A stretch of DNA of 64,000 nt from an uncultured delta proteobacterium (GTDB lineage Bacteria > Desulfobacterota > Syntrophia > Syntrophales > UBA5619). Below are positions 1-11,052 of this stretch, piece after piece (within the stretch, counting starts at the first letter, position 1; each line of letters starts with the position of its first letter). The position numbers and the translations under genes are program-made. The stretch is taken from positions 1 to 64,000 of the forward strand of contig CAWFOM010000012.1 of the NCBI GenBank assembly GCA_963817385.1, in the 5' to 3' direction. Below the pieces are notes generated by a model that worked only from the letters and a program-made list of their open reading frames with translations, had not been told where the DNA came from and made no database searches.

Positions 1-292
1 GCGGCAGATAGAAGCTGCGCGGGTTGCGATGACACGTCACGTAAAACGCGGCGGAAAGATCTGGATCAGAATTTTCCCCCACAAGTCGGTGACCAAGAAA
101 CCCGCTGAGACCCGTATGGGTAAGGGGAAGGGCGCTCCGGAGGAATGGGTGGCCGTGATAAAACCCGGCATCGTCCTGTATGAGATAGAGGGGGTTTCCA
201 AGGAGATCGCCAAAGAGGCGTTCACCCTGGCGGCGCACAAGCTTCCTATCGGCACCAAGTTTCTTTCAAGGGAGCTGTCTGATGAAAATTAA
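1..292 (+). CDS. rplP: 50S ribosomal protein L16 (5'-partial)
   Basis: [34 protein letters not shown] motif; runs off the window start. Confidence 0.98.
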   Translation, partial: RQIEAARVAMTRHVKRGGKIWIRIFPHKSVTKKPAETRMGKGKGAPEEWVAVIKPGIVLYEIEGVSKEIAKEAFTLAAHKLPIGTKFLSRELSDEN

Positions 293-488
293 AGAAATCA
301 GAGACCTGAACATTGATGAATTGCAGCAGAAAAACAGAGAACTTGTGGAGGAGTTTTTCCGGCTCCGTCTGCGTCACGCATCAGGGCAGCTGGAATCTCC
401 TGCCGTGCTGGGCCACGTTCGCAGGGATATCGCCCGTATTAAAACGGTCCTGGTCGAAAAGGAGGTAGGCAGTGGAACGGCGAGGTAA
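282..488 (+). CDS. rpmC: 50S ribosomal protein L29
   Basis: [23 protein letters not shown]; operon position. Confidence 0.97.
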   Translation: MKIKEIRDLNIDELQQKNRELVEEFFRLRLRHASGQLESPAVLGHVRRDIARIKTVLVEKEVGSGTAR

Positions 489-729
489 CAAGATCTCCAT
501 CAAGGGAATTGTCGTGAGCAGCAAAATGGATAAAACGATCGTCGTCCGGGCGGAGCGGCTTGTGAAGCATACCGTATTTCATAAATATATCAAAAGGTAT
601 GTCAAATATAAGGCTCATGATGAACAGAACAGATGCAAGGTTGGCGATAAGGTTCTCATTCTCGAGTCGCGTCCGCTGAGCCGGGAAAAGCGCTGGCGGA
701 TGGTGGAAATACTGGGCAAGGCAAAGTAG
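472..729 (+). CDS. rpsQ: 30S ribosomal protein S17
   Basis: GIVVSSKMDKTIVV..KYKAHDE..ESRPLS; GTG start after AGGAGG. Confidence 0.98.
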   Translation: MERRGNKISIKGIVVSSKMDKTIVVRAERLVKHTVFHKYIKRYVKYKAHDEQNRCKVGDKVLILESRPLSREKRWRMVEILGKAK

Positions 730-821
730 ATCGATTTTGGCGCAGGGTTGACGGCGGCTGCTGATATGCAGGTGCTTCTCTCGTCGCCGGTTATGAACCG
801 TCAGCGCAATGGGGTGTTGTT

Positions 822-1190
822 ATGATTCAGATGCAGACCATTTTAAATGTTGCGGATAATTCTGGTGCTAAGAAGGTCGCCTGCATCAAGGTCCTGGGCG
901 GGTCAAAGAGAAGATACGCCAGCCTTGGTGATGTCATTGTCATTGCTGTCAAGGAAGCCCTTCCGAATTCAAAAGTGAAGAAGGGTGATGTGATGAAGGC
1001 CGTCGTCGTCAGGACGGTGAAAGAGGTGAGGCGACCGGACGGTTCCTATCTGAAATTCGATGATAATTCCGCCGTTCTCATCTCGAACCAGATGGAGCCG
1101 GTCGGAACGAGAATCTTTGGGCCGGTGGCACGCGAACTGAGGGCGAAACAGTTCATGAAGATCATATCACTGGCACCCGAGGTTTTATAG
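822..1190 (+). CDS. rplN: 50S ribosomal protein L14
   Basis: [36 protein letters not shown]. Confidence 0.99.
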   Translation: MIQMQTILNVADNSGAKKVACIKVLGGSKRRYASLGDVIVIAVKEALPNSKVKKGDVMKAVVVRTVKEVRRPDGSYLKFDDNSAVLISNQMEPVGTRIFGPVARELRAKQFMKIISLAPEVL

Positions 1191-1226
1191 AGGAGCCAAG
1201 GACAGCGAACAACTGGGGAATAGGTG

Positions 1227-1547
1227 ATGCGGGAAAAGAGATTAAAAAAAGGGGATACGGTAAAGGTGATTGCCGGCAAAGAGAAGGGGAAGACGGGCAA
1301 GATCCTGAGTACAATTCCTGAGAGAGGACGGGTTGTCGTCGAAAAGATTAACCTGATCAAGAGACATAAGAGACCCGATGCCAAGGGCAAGGGTGGGATT
1401 GTCGAGAAGGAAGGGGCGTTACATGTCTCCAATGTCATGTATCTCTGCAATAAATGCGGTACCGGTGTTCGGGTCGGGTATAAGATCCTGGACGATGGAA
1501 AGAAGGCGCGCGTCTGCGCGAAATGTCGCGAAACATTGGATGCATAG
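1227..1547 (+). CDS. rplX: 50S ribosomal protein L24
   Basis: KOW motif KKGDTVKVIAGKEKGKTG; HVSNV; start at 1224 (GTG) or 1227 (ATG). Confidence 0.97.
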   Translation: MREKRLKKGDTVKVIAGKEKGKTGKILSTIPERGRVVVEKINLIKRHKRPDAKGKGGIVEKEGALHVSNVMYLCNKCGTGVRVGYKILDDGKKARVCAKCRETLDA

Positions 1548-1558
1548 GCTGAGGAACA

Positions 1559-2098
1559 ATGGCAAGATTAAAGGATTACTATAAGAAGGAAGTCGTTCCC
1601 GCACTCATTAAGGAGTTTGACTACAAAAACCCCATGGAAGTTCCCATGCTGGTCAAGATCGTCGTCAATATGGGCCTTGGGGAAGCGATTCAGAATGTCA
1701 AAGTTCTTGACTCTGCGGTGGAAGAGATGACCATGATCGTCGGACAGAAACCGGTGATCACCAAGGCAAAGAAGTCCATCGCGACCTTCAAGCTACGTCA
1801 GGGCATGTCAATCGGATGTTGTGTGACCCTGAGGAGGGAACGGATGTACGAATTCTTCGACCGCTTGGTCAATGTTGCGCTCCCGCGCGTCCGTGACTTT
1901 CGCGGGATCCCCACGAAGTCATTCGACGGCAGAGGGAATTTCGCCCTTGGACTGAAGGAACAGATCATCTTTCCGGAGATTGAGTATGACAAGGTCGAAA
2001 AGATCCGAGGCCTGAACATCGCCATAGTCACCACTGCCAAAACGGATGATGAGGCAAGGCAGCTGTTGAAGCTGATGGGCATGCCGTTCAGAAATTGA
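1559..2098 (+). CDS. rplE: 50S ribosomal protein L5
   Basis: [27 protein letters not shown]. Confidence 0.99.
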   Translation: MARLKDYYKKEVVPALIKEFDYKNPMEVPMLVKIVVNMGLGEAIQNVKVLDSAVEEMTMIVGQKPVITKAKKSIATFKLRQGMSIGCCVTLRRERMYEFFDRLVNVALPRVRDFRGIPTKSFDGRGNFALGLKEQIIFPEIEYDKVEKIRGLNIAIVTTAKTDDEARQLLKLMGMPFRN

Positions 2099-2135
2099 AA
2101 AAATAGGGAAAAGGGATATCTCTGGAGGGTTGAGA

Positions 2136-2321
2136 GTGGCAAAGACATCGTTGATTGTGAAGTCCAATAGAAAACCGAAGTTTTCGGTGAGGAGCTACAA
2201 TCGGTGTCCGTTATGCGGAAGACCGAGAGCCTATTATCGGAAATTCGATATGTGTAGGATATGCCTAAGGAACCTTGCATTGAAGGGCGAAGTTCCCGGC
2301 GTTATCAAATCGAGTTGGTAG
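2136..2321 (+). CDS. rpsN: 30S ribosomal protein S14, Zn-binding type Z
   Basis: GTG start after [26 protein letters not shown]. Confidence 0.97.
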   Translation: MAKTSLIVKSNRKPKFSVRSYNRCPLCGRPRAYYRKFDMCRICLRNLALKGEVPGVIKSSW

Positions 2322-2344
2322 AGAGAATCGAAGGAGCTGTACTT

Positions 2345-2746
2345 ATGGGTATGACCGATCCAATCGCAGATATGCTCACCAGGATCAGAAATGGAAGCCG
2401 GGTACATTTTAAGAGTGTAGATGTATTGAGCTCCCGGATCAATCTGAATATGGCGAAGGTGTTGAAGAAGTCGGGTTACATCAGCGGTTATGACATCAAG
2501 AAGGATCCGCGTGGGCACGAGGTGTTGAGACTGTATCTGAAATATCCGGATTCAAAGAGAACCGTGATTACCGATATTCAGCGGGTCAGCAAACCGGGCA
2601 GAAGGGTTTATGTGAAGAGTGAGAAAATCCCCAAGGTGCTCGATGGTTATGGTATCTCTATCCTTTCCACTTCCAAGGGTATCATGACCGATAAGGAAGC
2701 CAGGGAATTGAGCCTGGGTGGGGAATTGCTCTGCAATGTGTGGTAG
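2345..2746 (+). CDS. rpsH: 30S ribosomal protein S8
   Basis: MTDPIADMLTRIRN..RVSKPGRRVY..STSKG; ATG at 2345 after AAGGAG. Confidence 0.98.
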   Translation: MGMTDPIADMLTRIRNGSRVHFKSVDVLSSRINLNMAKVLKKSGYISGYDIKKDPRGHEVLRLYLKYPDSKRTVITDIQRVSKPGRRVYVKSEKIPKVLDGYGISILSTSKGIMTDKEARELSLGGELLCNVW

Positions 2747-2787
2747 GTAACGGTCAGGCAAGCATTGGGAATCGGGAGAAAAGCTTC

Positions 2788-3327
2788 ATGTCAAGAATTG
2801 GGAAAATACCCGTGGAAATTCCTGCCGGCGTCAAGATCAGCCGGGATCATTCCACGATTAGAGTTGAAGGCCCCAAGGGCAAACTTTCCATGGAAGTCCC
2901 CAAAGGTATCGATGTGGTTCTTGGTGACCGGATGGCGGAGGTCAAGCGACCGTCCGATGGAAGAAAAGAACGGTCCTACCATGGTTTGGTCAGAACCCTG
3001 CTTGCGAATATGGTTAAGGGGGTCAGCAGCGGGTTTGAAAAGAGCCTGGAGATCTCCGGAGTCGGATATCGCGCGGAAGTCACCAGCAAAAATTTGAAAT
3101 TGATCATTGGTTTTTCCGCACCGGTTGAATATGCGATACCGGACGGCGTCCAGATCAAGGTGGATAAGCAGGTCAATATCGCGGTATCCGGTATTGACAA
3201 ACAGCTCGTCGGTCGTGTAGCCGCGGAGATCCGAAGCCTGAAAAAGCCGGAGCCCTACAAAGGCAAAGGGATCAAGTATGCAGGCGAGCAGATCAGACGT
3301 AAGGTCGGCAAATCGGTAGGGGCTTAA
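2788..3327 (+). CDS. rplF: 50S ribosomal protein L6
   Basis: MSRIGKIPV..GVGYRA..PEPYKGKGI. Confidence 0.98.
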   Translation: MSRIGKIPVEIPAGVKISRDHSTIRVEGPKGKLSMEVPKGIDVVLGDRMAEVKRPSDGRKERSYHGLVRTLLANMVKGVSSGFEKSLEISGVGYRAEVTSKNLKLIIGFSAPVEYAIPDGVQIKVDKQVNIAVSGIDKQLVGRVAAEIRSLKKPEPYKGKGIKYAGEQIRRKVGKSVGA

Positions 3328-3380
3328 GTTTTCGGTGGCGCGGTTTTTTGACCCGGAGCATCCCGTGAAGAGGTAGGACA

Positions 3381-3746
3381 TTGGCAACGAAGAAAATTGA
3401 AAAAATCAGGCTGAAGAGGAAGAAGAGGGTTCGGGGGAAGGTGTTCGGGACCGAGAAGAGGCCACGCCTCTCCGTATTCAGGTCTGCGGCGCATATCTAT
3501 GTCCAGGCCATTGCCGATGATGCGGGAAGGACTCTGGCCGAGGCGTCCACGCTCAGCAAAGAGCTGGGGAAGTCCCTGAACGGTCTGAAAAAGGTTGAGG
3601 TGGCAAAGGCGGTGGGGAAGCTGCTGGCAAAGCGCCTCCAGGAGGTCGGTATCCAGGATTGCGTCTTTGATCGTGGAAGGTTTCTCTATCACGGAAGGGT
3701 AAAGGCTCTGGCCGACGGCGCGAGGGAAGCGGGACTGAATTTTTAA
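3381..3746 (+). CDS. rplR: 50S ribosomal protein L18
   Basis: [34 protein letters not shown] start. Confidence 0.98.
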   Translation: MATKKIEKIRLKRKKRVRGKVFGTEKRPRLSVFRSAAHIYVQAIADDAGRTLAEASTLSKELGKSLNGLKKVEVAKAVGKLLAKRLQEVGIQDCVFDRGRFLYHGRVKALADGAREAGLNF

Positions 3747-3777
3747 GCCTGCAATTCATTAGTGCAGAGCATGATCG

Positions 3778-4275
3778 GTGGAAAGTAATAATATTATGGA
3801 AGAATTGGAACTTCTCGACAGGGTGATTGCGATAAACAGGACGGCCAAGGTCGTCAAAGGTGGACGCCGCTTCCGATTCAGTGCCGTGGTTGTGGTCGGA
3901 GATGGCAAGGGGTCTGTCGGCGCCGGACTGGGGAAGGCACATGAAGTCCCGGAGGCAATCCGCAAGGGTATGGAGCAGGCCAAAAAGGCCATGATCAGGG
4001 TTGCGGTGGAAAACAGAACGATTCCCTACAGCGTCGTCGGCCATTTTGGCGCCGGGAAGGTCCTTCTGAAGCCGGCTTCCGAAGGGACCGGACTGATCGC
4101 CGGAGGGGCGGTCAGGGCGGTTCTGGAAGTGGCAGGGGTTCATAATATCCTGACAAAATGTCTCGGATCGCATAACCCTCACAACCTGGTAAAGGCGACC
4201 ATCGAGGGACTGGGTCAGTTGAGAGCGCCGGCGGACATCTCCGCGGCACGGGGGAAGAGCGTTCTCGAAAATTAG
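3778..4275 (+). CDS. rpsE: 30S ribosomal protein S5
   Basis: [26 protein letters not shown]. Confidence 0.98.
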   Translation: MESNNIMEELELLDRVIAINRTAKVVKGGRRFRFSAVVVVGDGKGSVGAGLGKAHEVPEAIRKGMEQAKKAMIRVAVENRTIPYSVVGHFGAGKVLLKPASEGTGLIAGGAVRAVLEVAGVHNILTKCLGSHNPHNLVKATIEGLGQLRAPADISAARGKSVLEN

Positions 4276-4293
4276 CGCTGAGAGGGGAAGGTT

Positions 4294-4491
4294 GTGGAAA
4301 AGAAGCTGAAGATTACACAGGTAAAAAGCTATATCGGCAGACCCGATGCTCAGCGCAAGGTCCTTCGCGGTATGGGTTTGGGGAAGATCAACCGGACCGT
4401 CGTGCTGAACGATACGCCTGAAATACGCGGTATGATCCGCAAGGTTGTTCACCTGGTGGCTGCGGTAGAAGTTGAGGGGAGCGGGAAATGA
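4294..4491 (+). CDS. rpmD: 50S ribosomal protein L30
   Basis: [25 protein letters not shown]. Confidence 0.97.
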   Translation: MEKKLKITQVKSYIGRPDAQRKVLRGMGLGKINRTVVLNDTPEIRGMIRKVVHLVAAVEVEGSGK

Positions 4492-4931
4492 ATCTGTCAA
4501 CATTGAGACCGCCGGAGGGTTCGCGGAAAAAGAAAAAGCGGGTCGGCAGGGGCGACGGGTCGGGCCATGGCGGCACCGCAGGAAAGGGCGCCAAGGGCCA
4601 GAATGCCCGTTCGGGACACAGCGTCCGTCCGAACTTTGAGGGAGGACAGATGCCCCTTTCCCGAAGGCTGCCCAAGCGGGGATTCAAGAACCCCCTTCGA
4701 CGGATCATCGCGACCGTCAATATCGAACAGCTGAAACGGTTTCCGGAGGGGTCGGTCGTTGATCGGGAAACCCTGCTCACCGTCGGTCTGGTAACGCGAA
4801 AAGCGGATGGGATCAAGGTCCTGGGGAAAGGGGAGATCAGTTTTCCTCTCTCCCTGAAGGTTGATATGGTGAGCGAAGGGGCGAGGCAGAAGATTGAAGC
4901 CGCAGGCGGCACGATTGTCGAGGTAAGCTGA
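4488..4931 (+). CDS. rplO: 50S ribosomal protein L15
   Basis: [32 protein letters not shown]. Confidence 0.98.
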   Translation: MNLSTLRPPEGSRKKKKRVGRGDGSGHGGTAGKGAKGQNARSGHSVRPNFEGGQMPLSRRLPKRGFKNPLRRIIATVNIEQLKRFPEGSVVDRETLLTVGLVTRKADGIKVLGKGEISFPLSLKVDMVSEGARQKIEAAGGTIVEVS

Positions 4932-4932
4932 T

Positions 4933-6240
4933 TTGTTAGAAGGCTTAAAAAATATCTCCAAGATACCGGAGCTCCAGAAACGAATCCTCTTTACGTTTGT
5001 ACTACTGGCCGTCTACCGGATCGGTGCCCATGTGCCCACACCGGGGATCGATACGGCGGCTCTGGCGGCTTTTTTTGAACAGGCAAAGGGATCTCTCCTG
5101 GGGCTCTTTGACATGTTTGCCGGAGGGGCGCTGAGCAATCTTTCCGTCTTTGCGTTGGGGATCATGCCCTATATCAGCGCCTCAATTATCCTGCAACTCC
5201 TGACCGTGGCAGTCCCCTATCTGGAGAAACTTTCCAAAGAGGGAGAGGCGGGCAGGAGAAAGATCACGCAATACACCCGCTATGGAACGGTATTGCTGAG
5301 CCTCATCCAAGGGTTCGGAATTGCCATCGGGCTGGAAAACATGGCGGGACCCACGGGAACATCCATTGTGATCAGCACCGGCTGGGCGTTCCGTCTGATG
5401 ACGGTGATCACGCTCACGGCGGGAACGGCTTTCATTATGTGGCTCGGCGAGCAGATTACGGAAAAAGGGATCGGCAACGGGATCTCGCTGATTATTTTCG
5501 CCGGCATCGTCTGTCGCGGTCCGGAAGCGATCATCAACACTTTTCGACTCCTCGCCTCGGGTGAAATGGGGATCTTTTTCATCATCATCCTTAGCGTGAT
5601 GATGGTGTTGGTTATCGGAGTGATTGTTTTCGTTGAAAGCGGACAGCGAAGGATCCCCGTTCAGTATGCCAAGAGGGTCGTCGGAAGGAAGATGTACGGC
5701 GGTCAGTCGACCCATCTTCCCCTGAAGGTTAATTCGGCAGGAGTCATCCCACCGATATTCGCCTCTTCGATCATCATGTTTCCGGCAACGATCGCCAATT
5801 TTATCCCCCACCCCTGGATGAAATCCGTTGCCGGTGCGCTGATACCGGGACGGGTCGGCTATGAACTGCTCTACGTGGCTTTTATCGTCTTTTTCTGCTT
5901 TTTCTATACCGCGGTGACCTTTAATCCCGTGGATGTGGCAGATAACATGAGAAAATACGGGGGTTACGTCCCGGGAATACGACCGGGCAAAAAGACGGCG
6001 GACTATATCGATGATGTTCTGACGAAACTGACGTTCGGGGGCGCCATCTATGTCTCTGCCGTGTGCGTGCTTCCCAGTATCCTGATAAGCTATTTCAACG
6101 TTCCCTTCTTTTTCGGAGGGACCGCTCTCCTGATTGTTGTTGGTGTCGCCCTGGATACGGCGGGCCAGATAGAGACCCATCTGTTGACGAGGCAGTACGA
6201 AGGTTTCATGAAGAAGGGCCGTATCGCCAGAAGACGGTGA
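4933..6240 (+). CDS. secY: Preprotein translocase subunit SecY
   Basis: [41 protein letters not shown] start. Confidence 0.99.
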   Translation: MLEGLKNISKIPELQKRILFTFVLLAVYRIGAHVPTPGIDTAALAAFFEQAKGSLLGLFDMFAGGALSNLSVFALGIMPYISASIILQLLTVAVPYLEKLSKEGEAGRRKITQYTRYGTVLLSLIQGFGIAIGLENMAGPTGTSIVISTGWAFRLMTVITLTAGTAFIMWLGEQITEKGIGNGISLIIFAGIVCRGPEAIINTFRLLASGEMGIFFIIILSVMMVLVIGVIVFVESGQRRIPVQYAKRVVGRKMYGGQSTHLPLKVNSAGVIPPIFASSIIMFPATIANFIPHPWMKSVAGALIPGRVGYELLYVAFIVFFCFFYTAVTFNPVDVADNMRKYGGYVPGIRPGKKTADYIDDVLTKLTFGGAIYVSAVCVLPSILISYFNVPFFFGGTALLIVVGVALDTAGQIETHLLTRQYEGFMKKGRIARRR

Positions 6241-6275
6241 CGATTCGTCACCGCCTGGCACGGTGGATCATTGAC

Positions 6276-7025
6276 ATGGTTATCCTGAAACTGCCAGATG
6301 AGATTGAGAAGCTGCGCATGGCCAATCGTATCGTTGCAGAGATCCTCCAAGAGGTGCGGGAAAAGGTCAGGCCGGGAGTAACGACCCGCGAGCTCAACAA
6401 TCTCTGTGAGCAGCTATCTCGGAAAAGGCGGGTCAAACCCGCATTCAAGGGATACCGGGGTTATCCGTTTGCCCTCTGTACATCGGTGAATGGCGAAGTG
6501 GTTCACGGCATGCCGTCCGAAAGACCGCTCGTTGTAGGCGATATTGTGAGCCTCGACTATGGCGTGAACTACCAGGGATATTTTGGTGATGCGGCCATCA
6601 CCGTTCCCGTGGGGTCCGTTTCCGCTGAAGCACAGAGACTCATGAAGGTGACCGAAGAGGGCCTGTACGACGCGATTCGTCAGGCAGTGGCGGGAAACCG
6701 CTTGGGTGATGTCTCCGCCGCCGTTCAAGAGCGGGTCGAATCAGCCGGTTTTTCGGTTGTCAGGGATTTCGTCGGACATGGTATCGGCAGAAGCCTCCAT
6801 GAAGATCCGCAGATACCCAATTATGGCGTACGGGGGCGAGGGATCGAACTTAAGGCGGGCATGGTCTTGGCCATAGAACCGATGGTAAATGAGGGAAGCC
6901 ACCAAGTGAAGGTTCTGCCGGATGGATGGACCGTGATCACCGAGGATGGGAAGCTTTCCGCCCATTTTGAACATTCCGTAGCGATTACGGAAAACGGACC
7001 GGATATTCTCAGCCAGATTCATTGA
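6276..7025 (+). CDS. map: Methionine aminopeptidase type I
   Basis: CTSVN..VVHG..GHGIG..HEDP..AIEPM..SAHFEH; start at ATG 6276. Confidence 0.97.
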   Translation: MVILKLPDEIEKLRMANRIVAEILQEVREKVRPGVTTRELNNLCEQLSRKRRVKPAFKGYRGYPFALCTSVNGEVVHGMPSERPLVVGDIVSLDYGVNYQGYFGDAAITVPVGSVSAEAQRLMKVTEEGLYDAIRQAVAGNRLGDVSAAVQERVESAGFSVVRDFVGHGIGRSLHEDPQIPNYGVRGRGIELKAGMVLAIEPMVNEGSHQVKVLPDGWTVITEDGKLSAHFEHSVAITENGPDILSQIH

Positions 7026-7081
7026 GGACGCCTTCTCGGAAGAGAAGGCGATAGGGAAGATCCCGTTACAGATCGGAAATT

Positions 7082-7300
7082 ATGGCGAAAGAGGAAGCAA
7101 TAGAGGTTGAAGGCAAGGTGATCGAACCCTTGCCCAATGCCATGTTTCGTGTGGAACTGGAAAACGGTCACCGCGTGCTGGCCCATATTTCCGGGAAGAT
7201 GAGGATGCATTTTATCAAGATCCTGCCGGGCGACCGGGTGACCGTTGAGTTGTCTCCCTATGACCTGACCCGGGGAAGGATCGTTTACCGGACAAAATAG
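7082..7300 (+). CDS. infA: Translation initiation factor IF-1
   Basis: [29 protein letters not shown]. Confidence 0.99.
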   Translation: MAKEEAIEVEGKVIEPLPNAMFRVELENGHRVLAHISGKMRMHFIKILPGDRVTVELSPYDLTRGRIVYRTK

Positions 7301-7363
7301 CGAAGGTGGCCGGCTGCTCGACGGTTTGCGCCGTGCCTTTGGCGGATTCAAGGAGTAATGATC

Positions 7364-7477
7364 GTGAAAGTACGTTCTTCGGTCAAAAAGATTTGCGAGA
7401 AGTGCAAGATTGTCAAAAGGCGTGGCGTTCTGCGCGTGATTTGCGAGAATCCGAAGCATAAGCAGCGTCAGGGATAA
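7364..7477 (+). CDS. rpmJ: 50S ribosomal protein L36 (Zn-ribbon type), below the ORF-track cutoff
   Basis: Manual translation [40 protein letters not shown] start 8 nt after AGGAG. Confidence 0.98.
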   Translation: MKVRSSVKKICEKCKIVKRRGVLRVICENPKHKQRQG

Positions 7478-7503
7478 GGATTCAATTTTCAGGAGGTTAT
7501 CAG

Positions 7504-7872
7504 GTGGCAAGAATTGCGGGTGTGGATTTACCTAAGAATAAGAGGATGGAGATCGCTTTAACCTATATCTATGGCATAGGGCGGACAAAATCAAACGAGA
7601 TCCTTCGGGAAGCCGGCGTCGATCCCGATACGAAAACAGATCAACTTGCCGATTCGGAAATAACCTCCATCAGGAACATTATCGATAAGGAACATAAGGT
7701 TGAAGGTGATTTGCGACGGGAGATATCCATGTCCGTGAAGCGGCTGATGGATGTCGGGACATACCGCGGCTTGCGGCACCGCAAAGGGCTTCCCGTTCGC
7801 GGGCAGAGGACAAGTACCAACGCCAGGACAAGAAAAGGACCGAGAAGGTCGATTGCCGGCAAGAAGAAATAA
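7504..7872 (+). CDS. rpsM: 30S ribosomal protein S13
   Basis: [27 protein letters not shown]. Confidence 0.99.
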   Translation: MARIAGVDLPKNKRMEIALTYIYGIGRTKSNEILREAGVDPDTKTDQLADSEITSIRNIIDKEHKVEGDLRREISMSVKRLMDVGTYRGLRHRKGLPVRGQRTSTNARTRKGPRRSIAGKKK

Positions 7873-7896
7873 TGGGTGAATGGATCCGGAGGAGCA

Positions 7897-8289
7897 ATGG
7901 CAAAACCAGTCAGGAAAACAGGGAAGAAAAAAGAGAAGAAAAATATCTCCGAGGGGATAGCTCACATTCAATCGACGTTTAACAACACGATCGTGACCAT
8001 CACCGATATGAGCGGAAACGTCATTGCCTGGGCCTCAGCCGGGATGCAGGGGTTTAAGGGTTCGAGGAAAAGCACCCCCTTTGCAGCGCAGATGGCGGCA
8101 GAGGACGCGGTGAAAAAGGCACGGGAACACGGCTTGCGGGCGGTTCAGGTCTATGTCAAGGGCCCGGGCTCCGGCCGGGAATCGGCGCTGCGATCGCTGC
8201 AAGTGGCGGGGCTGAAGATCAGTCTCATCCGGGATGTGACGCCAATTCCCCATAATGGGTGCCGTCCGCCCAAGCGCAGAAGGGTGTAA
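7897..8289 (+). CDS. rpsK: 30S ribosomal protein S11
   Basis: [37 protein letters not shown] at 7897 after GGAGGAG. Confidence 0.98.
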   Translation: MAKPVRKTGKKKEKKNISEGIAHIQSTFNNTIVTITDMSGNVIAWASAGMQGFKGSRKSTPFAAQMAAEDAVKKAREHGLRAVQVYVKGPGSGRESALRSLQVAGLKISLIRDVTPIPHNGCRPPKRRRV

Positions 8290-8318
8290 ATAATAAGCAA
8301 AGATCCACGGTCGTTGGG

Positions 8319-8373
8319 AATTGATCGCGGTAATTGATAATGGTAAATTGATAATTGATCATCGATAACTGAT
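8319..8373. repeat. Degenerate 7-bp tandem repeat (AATTGAT-like, about 8 units)
   Basis: aattgat cgcggt aattgat aatggta aattgat aattgat catcgat aactgat in the rpsK-rpsD spacer. Confidence 0.7.
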
Positions 8374-8386
8374 CAGGGAGGCATTT

Positions 8387-9013
8387 TTGGCAAGGTATAG
8401 AGAATCGGTGTGCAGGTTGTGCCGGAGAGAAGGTCTGAAGCTGTTTCTCAAAGGGGATAGGTGCTATAGCGAAAAATGCGCCTTTGAAAGGCGGGGGTAC
8501 GCGCCGGGCGATCACGGCCAGCTTCGGAAGAAATTCTCCGATTACGGCGTCCAGTTGAGAGAAAAGCAGAAACTCAAAAGGATGTATGGCCTCTTGGAGA
8601 AGCAGTTCCGAGGGTATTTCGATAAAGCGGATAGACAGAAGGGAATAACCGGAAGCAATCTTCTCGTGTTTCTGGAGAGAAGGCTGGACAACATGATCTT
8701 CCGGATGGGCTTTGCCAATTCACGCTCGGAAGCACGGCAGTTGGTGAGGCATAACCATTTCATGGTCAGTGGAAAACCAGTTAACATCCCTTCCTATCTG
8801 ATCAAACTCGGGGACGATGTCCAGGTCAGAGAGGGAAGCAGAAAAGTTGAGCGGATACTCGAGGCGATGGAAACCGTTGCCAGGCGGGGTGTGCCTCAGT
8901 GGCTGGAAGTTGATAAGGCAAACTTCAAGGGTGTTGTGAAGATGCTGCCGACCCGCGAAGAATTGACGATGCCGGTACGGGAGCAGCTGGTCGTTGAGCT
9001 TTATTCAAAATAG
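8387..9013 (+). CDS. rpsD: 30S ribosomal protein S4
   Basis: [39 protein letters not shown] start. Confidence 0.98.
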   Translation: MARYRESVCRLCRREGLKLFLKGDRCYSEKCAFERRGYAPGDHGQLRKKFSDYGVQLREKQKLKRMYGLLEKQFRGYFDKADRQKGITGSNLLVFLERRLDNMIFRMGFANSRSEARQLVRHNHFMVSGKPVNIPSYLIKLGDDVQVREGSRKVERILEAMETVARRGVPQWLEVDKANFKGVVKMLPTREELTMPVREQLVVELYSK

Positions 9014-9051
9014 AAAGATACCCAGGTATCCGAAGGGCAGGGAAAGGAATT

Positions 9052-10071
9052 ATGCAGAGAAACTGGCGCAGTTTGATTCAACCGAAAAGAATCGATATCG
9101 ATGAAACAACCCATACCCGTTTTTATGGGGAGTTCAGCTGTCAGCCGCTGGAACGCGGCTTCGGCACAACCTTGGGGAATGCGCTGCGGAGGATTCTGTT
9201 GTCTTCTATTCAGGGGGCAGCCATTGTATCAGTAAAATTTGACGGGGTGCTTCACGAGTTCTCCACGCTCCCGGGGGTCAAGGAAGATGTGACCGATATC
9301 ATTCTTAATCTGAAAGGCGTACGTCTCAAGCTTCATCAGGACGGGCCGAGAACCATCCATATCGACGCCTCACAGGAAGGGGTAATCACCGCGGCAGATA
9401 TCGTGACCGACGGGACGGTCGAGATCCTCAATCCTGATCACCACATCGCCACGCTGATCGGGGAGGCTTCCGTGAAGGCGGAACTTGTGGTCAAGATGGG
9501 GAAGGGGTATGTCCCCGCACAGAAGGAAAAAGATCCCGAGCAGCCCGAGGGGACCATCAATATTGATGCCATCTTTTCGCCGATTAAAAAGGTCAATTAC
9601 AGTGTCACCTATGCCCGGGTGGGGCAGGTTGCGGATTACGACCGCCTGATTCTGGAGATATGGACGGATGGGAGCGTTCTCCCGGATGATGCCTTGGCGT
9701 ACGCGGCCAAGATCCTCAAGGAGCAACTGGATATCTTCATCAATTTTTCCGAGGCGGAAGAAGAGGTAGCGGCGCGCGAGATTGAAGAGAAGGAAGATGT
9801 CAACGACATCCTTCTGCGGCACGTCGATGATCTGGAACTCTCTGTGCGTTCGGCAAATTGTCTGAAAAACGCCGGCATCAATCTGATCGGAGAACTCGTT
9901 CAGAAGACAGAGGCAGAGATGCTCAAGACCAAAAACTTTGGTAGGAAATCGCTCAATGAAATCAAAGAGATCCTGTGTGAATCCGGGTTGGGATTCGGTA
10001 TGAAGTTGGATTTTCTCCCGTGGAACAGTGCTGAAAAAATGGAAGGCGCTTCGCAGGAAGAGGCAGAATAG
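9052..10071 (+). CDS. rpoA: RNA polymerase subunit alpha
   Basis: [35 protein letters not shown]. Confidence 0.99.
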   Translation: MQRNWRSLIQPKRIDIDETTHTRFYGEFSCQPLERGFGTTLGNALRRILLSSIQGAAIVSVKFDGVLHEFSTLPGVKEDVTDIILNLKGVRLKLHQDGPRTIHIDASQEGVITAADIVTDGTVEILNPDHHIATLIGEASVKAELVVKMGKGYVPAQKEKDPEQPEGTINIDAIFSPIKKVNYSVTYARVGQVADYDRLILEIWTDGSVLPDDALAYAAKILKEQLDIFINFSEAEEEVAAREIEEKEDVNDILLRHVDDLELSVRSANCLKNAGINLIGELVQKTEAEMLKTKNFGRKSLNEIKEILCESGLGFGMKLDFLPWNSAEKMEGASQEEAE

Positions 10072-10163
10072 CATTCGCAGAATCAACGGAGCGGAGCGCA
10101 GTTAATTCGAAGAATCAGCTAAACGAAGCGAAACTGATTTTTCGTTGGAAAGGATGATATTCG

Positions 10164-10565
10164 ATGGGCCAGGGAAAATTCGGAAGCAAGCTGGGGAGAA
10201 CGACGAGCCATCGGAAGGCCATGCTGAGGACGATGGTGACCTCCTTTTTAAAATACGAGAAGATCAAGACCACCGATCTTAAAGCCAAGGAGCTGAAAAA
10301 AGTGGCGGAGAAGATGATTACCTTAGGCAAGAGGGGAGATCTCCACGCCAGAAGGCAGGCTGCGGCTTTTGTCCGGGAACGGGAAATGGTGGGAAAGCTG
10401 TTCGGGGAGTTATCGGACCGGTACCGGGAACGATCCGGCGGCTATACAAGAATCGTCAAGACGGGCTATCGCGCAGGCGATAATGCACCCATGTCCATTA
10501 TTGAGTTTGTCCGCGATGCCGAGGCGGAGAAGGCAAAGAAAAAGTCTCCGGCGCCGAAGAAATAA
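10164..10565 (+). CDS. rplQ: 50S ribosomal protein L17
   Basis: [32 protein letters not shown]. Confidence 0.97.
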   Translation: MGQGKFGSKLGRTTSHRKAMLRTMVTSFLKYEKIKTTDLKAKELKKVAEKMITLGKRGDLHARRQAAAFVREREMVGKLFGELSDRYRERSGGYTRIVKTGYRAGDNAPMSIIEFVRDAEAEKAKKKSPAPKK

Positions 10566-10574
10566 AAAGACGCG

Positions 10575-10604
10575 AAGGGCGGGTCATTGACCCGCCCTTT
10601 TTTT
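10575..10604 (+). terminator. Intrinsic terminator of the alpha operon
   Basis: Perfect inverted repeat AAGGGCGGGTCA-T-TGACCCGCCCTT followed by a T run. Confidence 0.9.
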
Positions 10605-10722
10605 CATTTTGATCCTCCCATTTGCCCCTTGTTTTTTTCAGGAAAAACGATATAGTTCCCCCGTAAAGTGGACAGAAGCGCGGGGTTTTATCGGGAATCA
10701 TCAAACGGAAGGAGGAGCGGTT

Positions 10723-10983
10723 ATGGCTGATCAGCGGATCGGGGAAGTCATAAAGTATTTTTCCAAACCGAGTGTTGCGGCCGTCAAGATCACCGACGGA
10801 GAGATCAGGGTCGGGGATACCCTCAAATTCACGGGACACACGACAGATCTGACCATGCCGCTTGATTCCATGGAGGTGAATAATCAGAAAGTGCCGCAGG
10901 CTTCTGCAGGCGACTATATCGGCATCAAGGTGTTGGACCGCGTGCGGCCCGGCGATGAGGTCTTCAAGGTGACGGCGGATTGA
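10723..10983 (+). CDS. Small stand-alone beta-barrel protein (EF-Tu domain II / U32 peptidase C-terminal-like)
   Basis: IG.V..YF.K.SVA..G.I.VGD.....G..T......SM......V..A..G..IGIK....VR.GD.V pattern; ATG after GGAGGAG. Confidence 0.75.
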   Translation: MADQRIGEVIKYFSKPSVAAVKITDGEIRVGDTLKFTGHTTDLTMPLDSMEVNNQKVPQASAGDYIGIKVLDRVRPGDEVFKVTAD

Positions 10984-11052
10984 CTTACTCCAGCGTACCG
11001 GACAGCCTGAGCGGACAGGGATGCCCCGGCACGGGCATCAGGGTGATGGAAC

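Noticed and set aside
6240..6276. adk absent between secY and map
   Set aside because: Gene order here varies widely among bacteria, and no remnant is visible in the 35-nt gap
472..8389. Many GTG/TTG starts in the ribosomal operons
   Set aside because: Common in ribosomal operons of GC-rich bacteria; no special mechanism is implied
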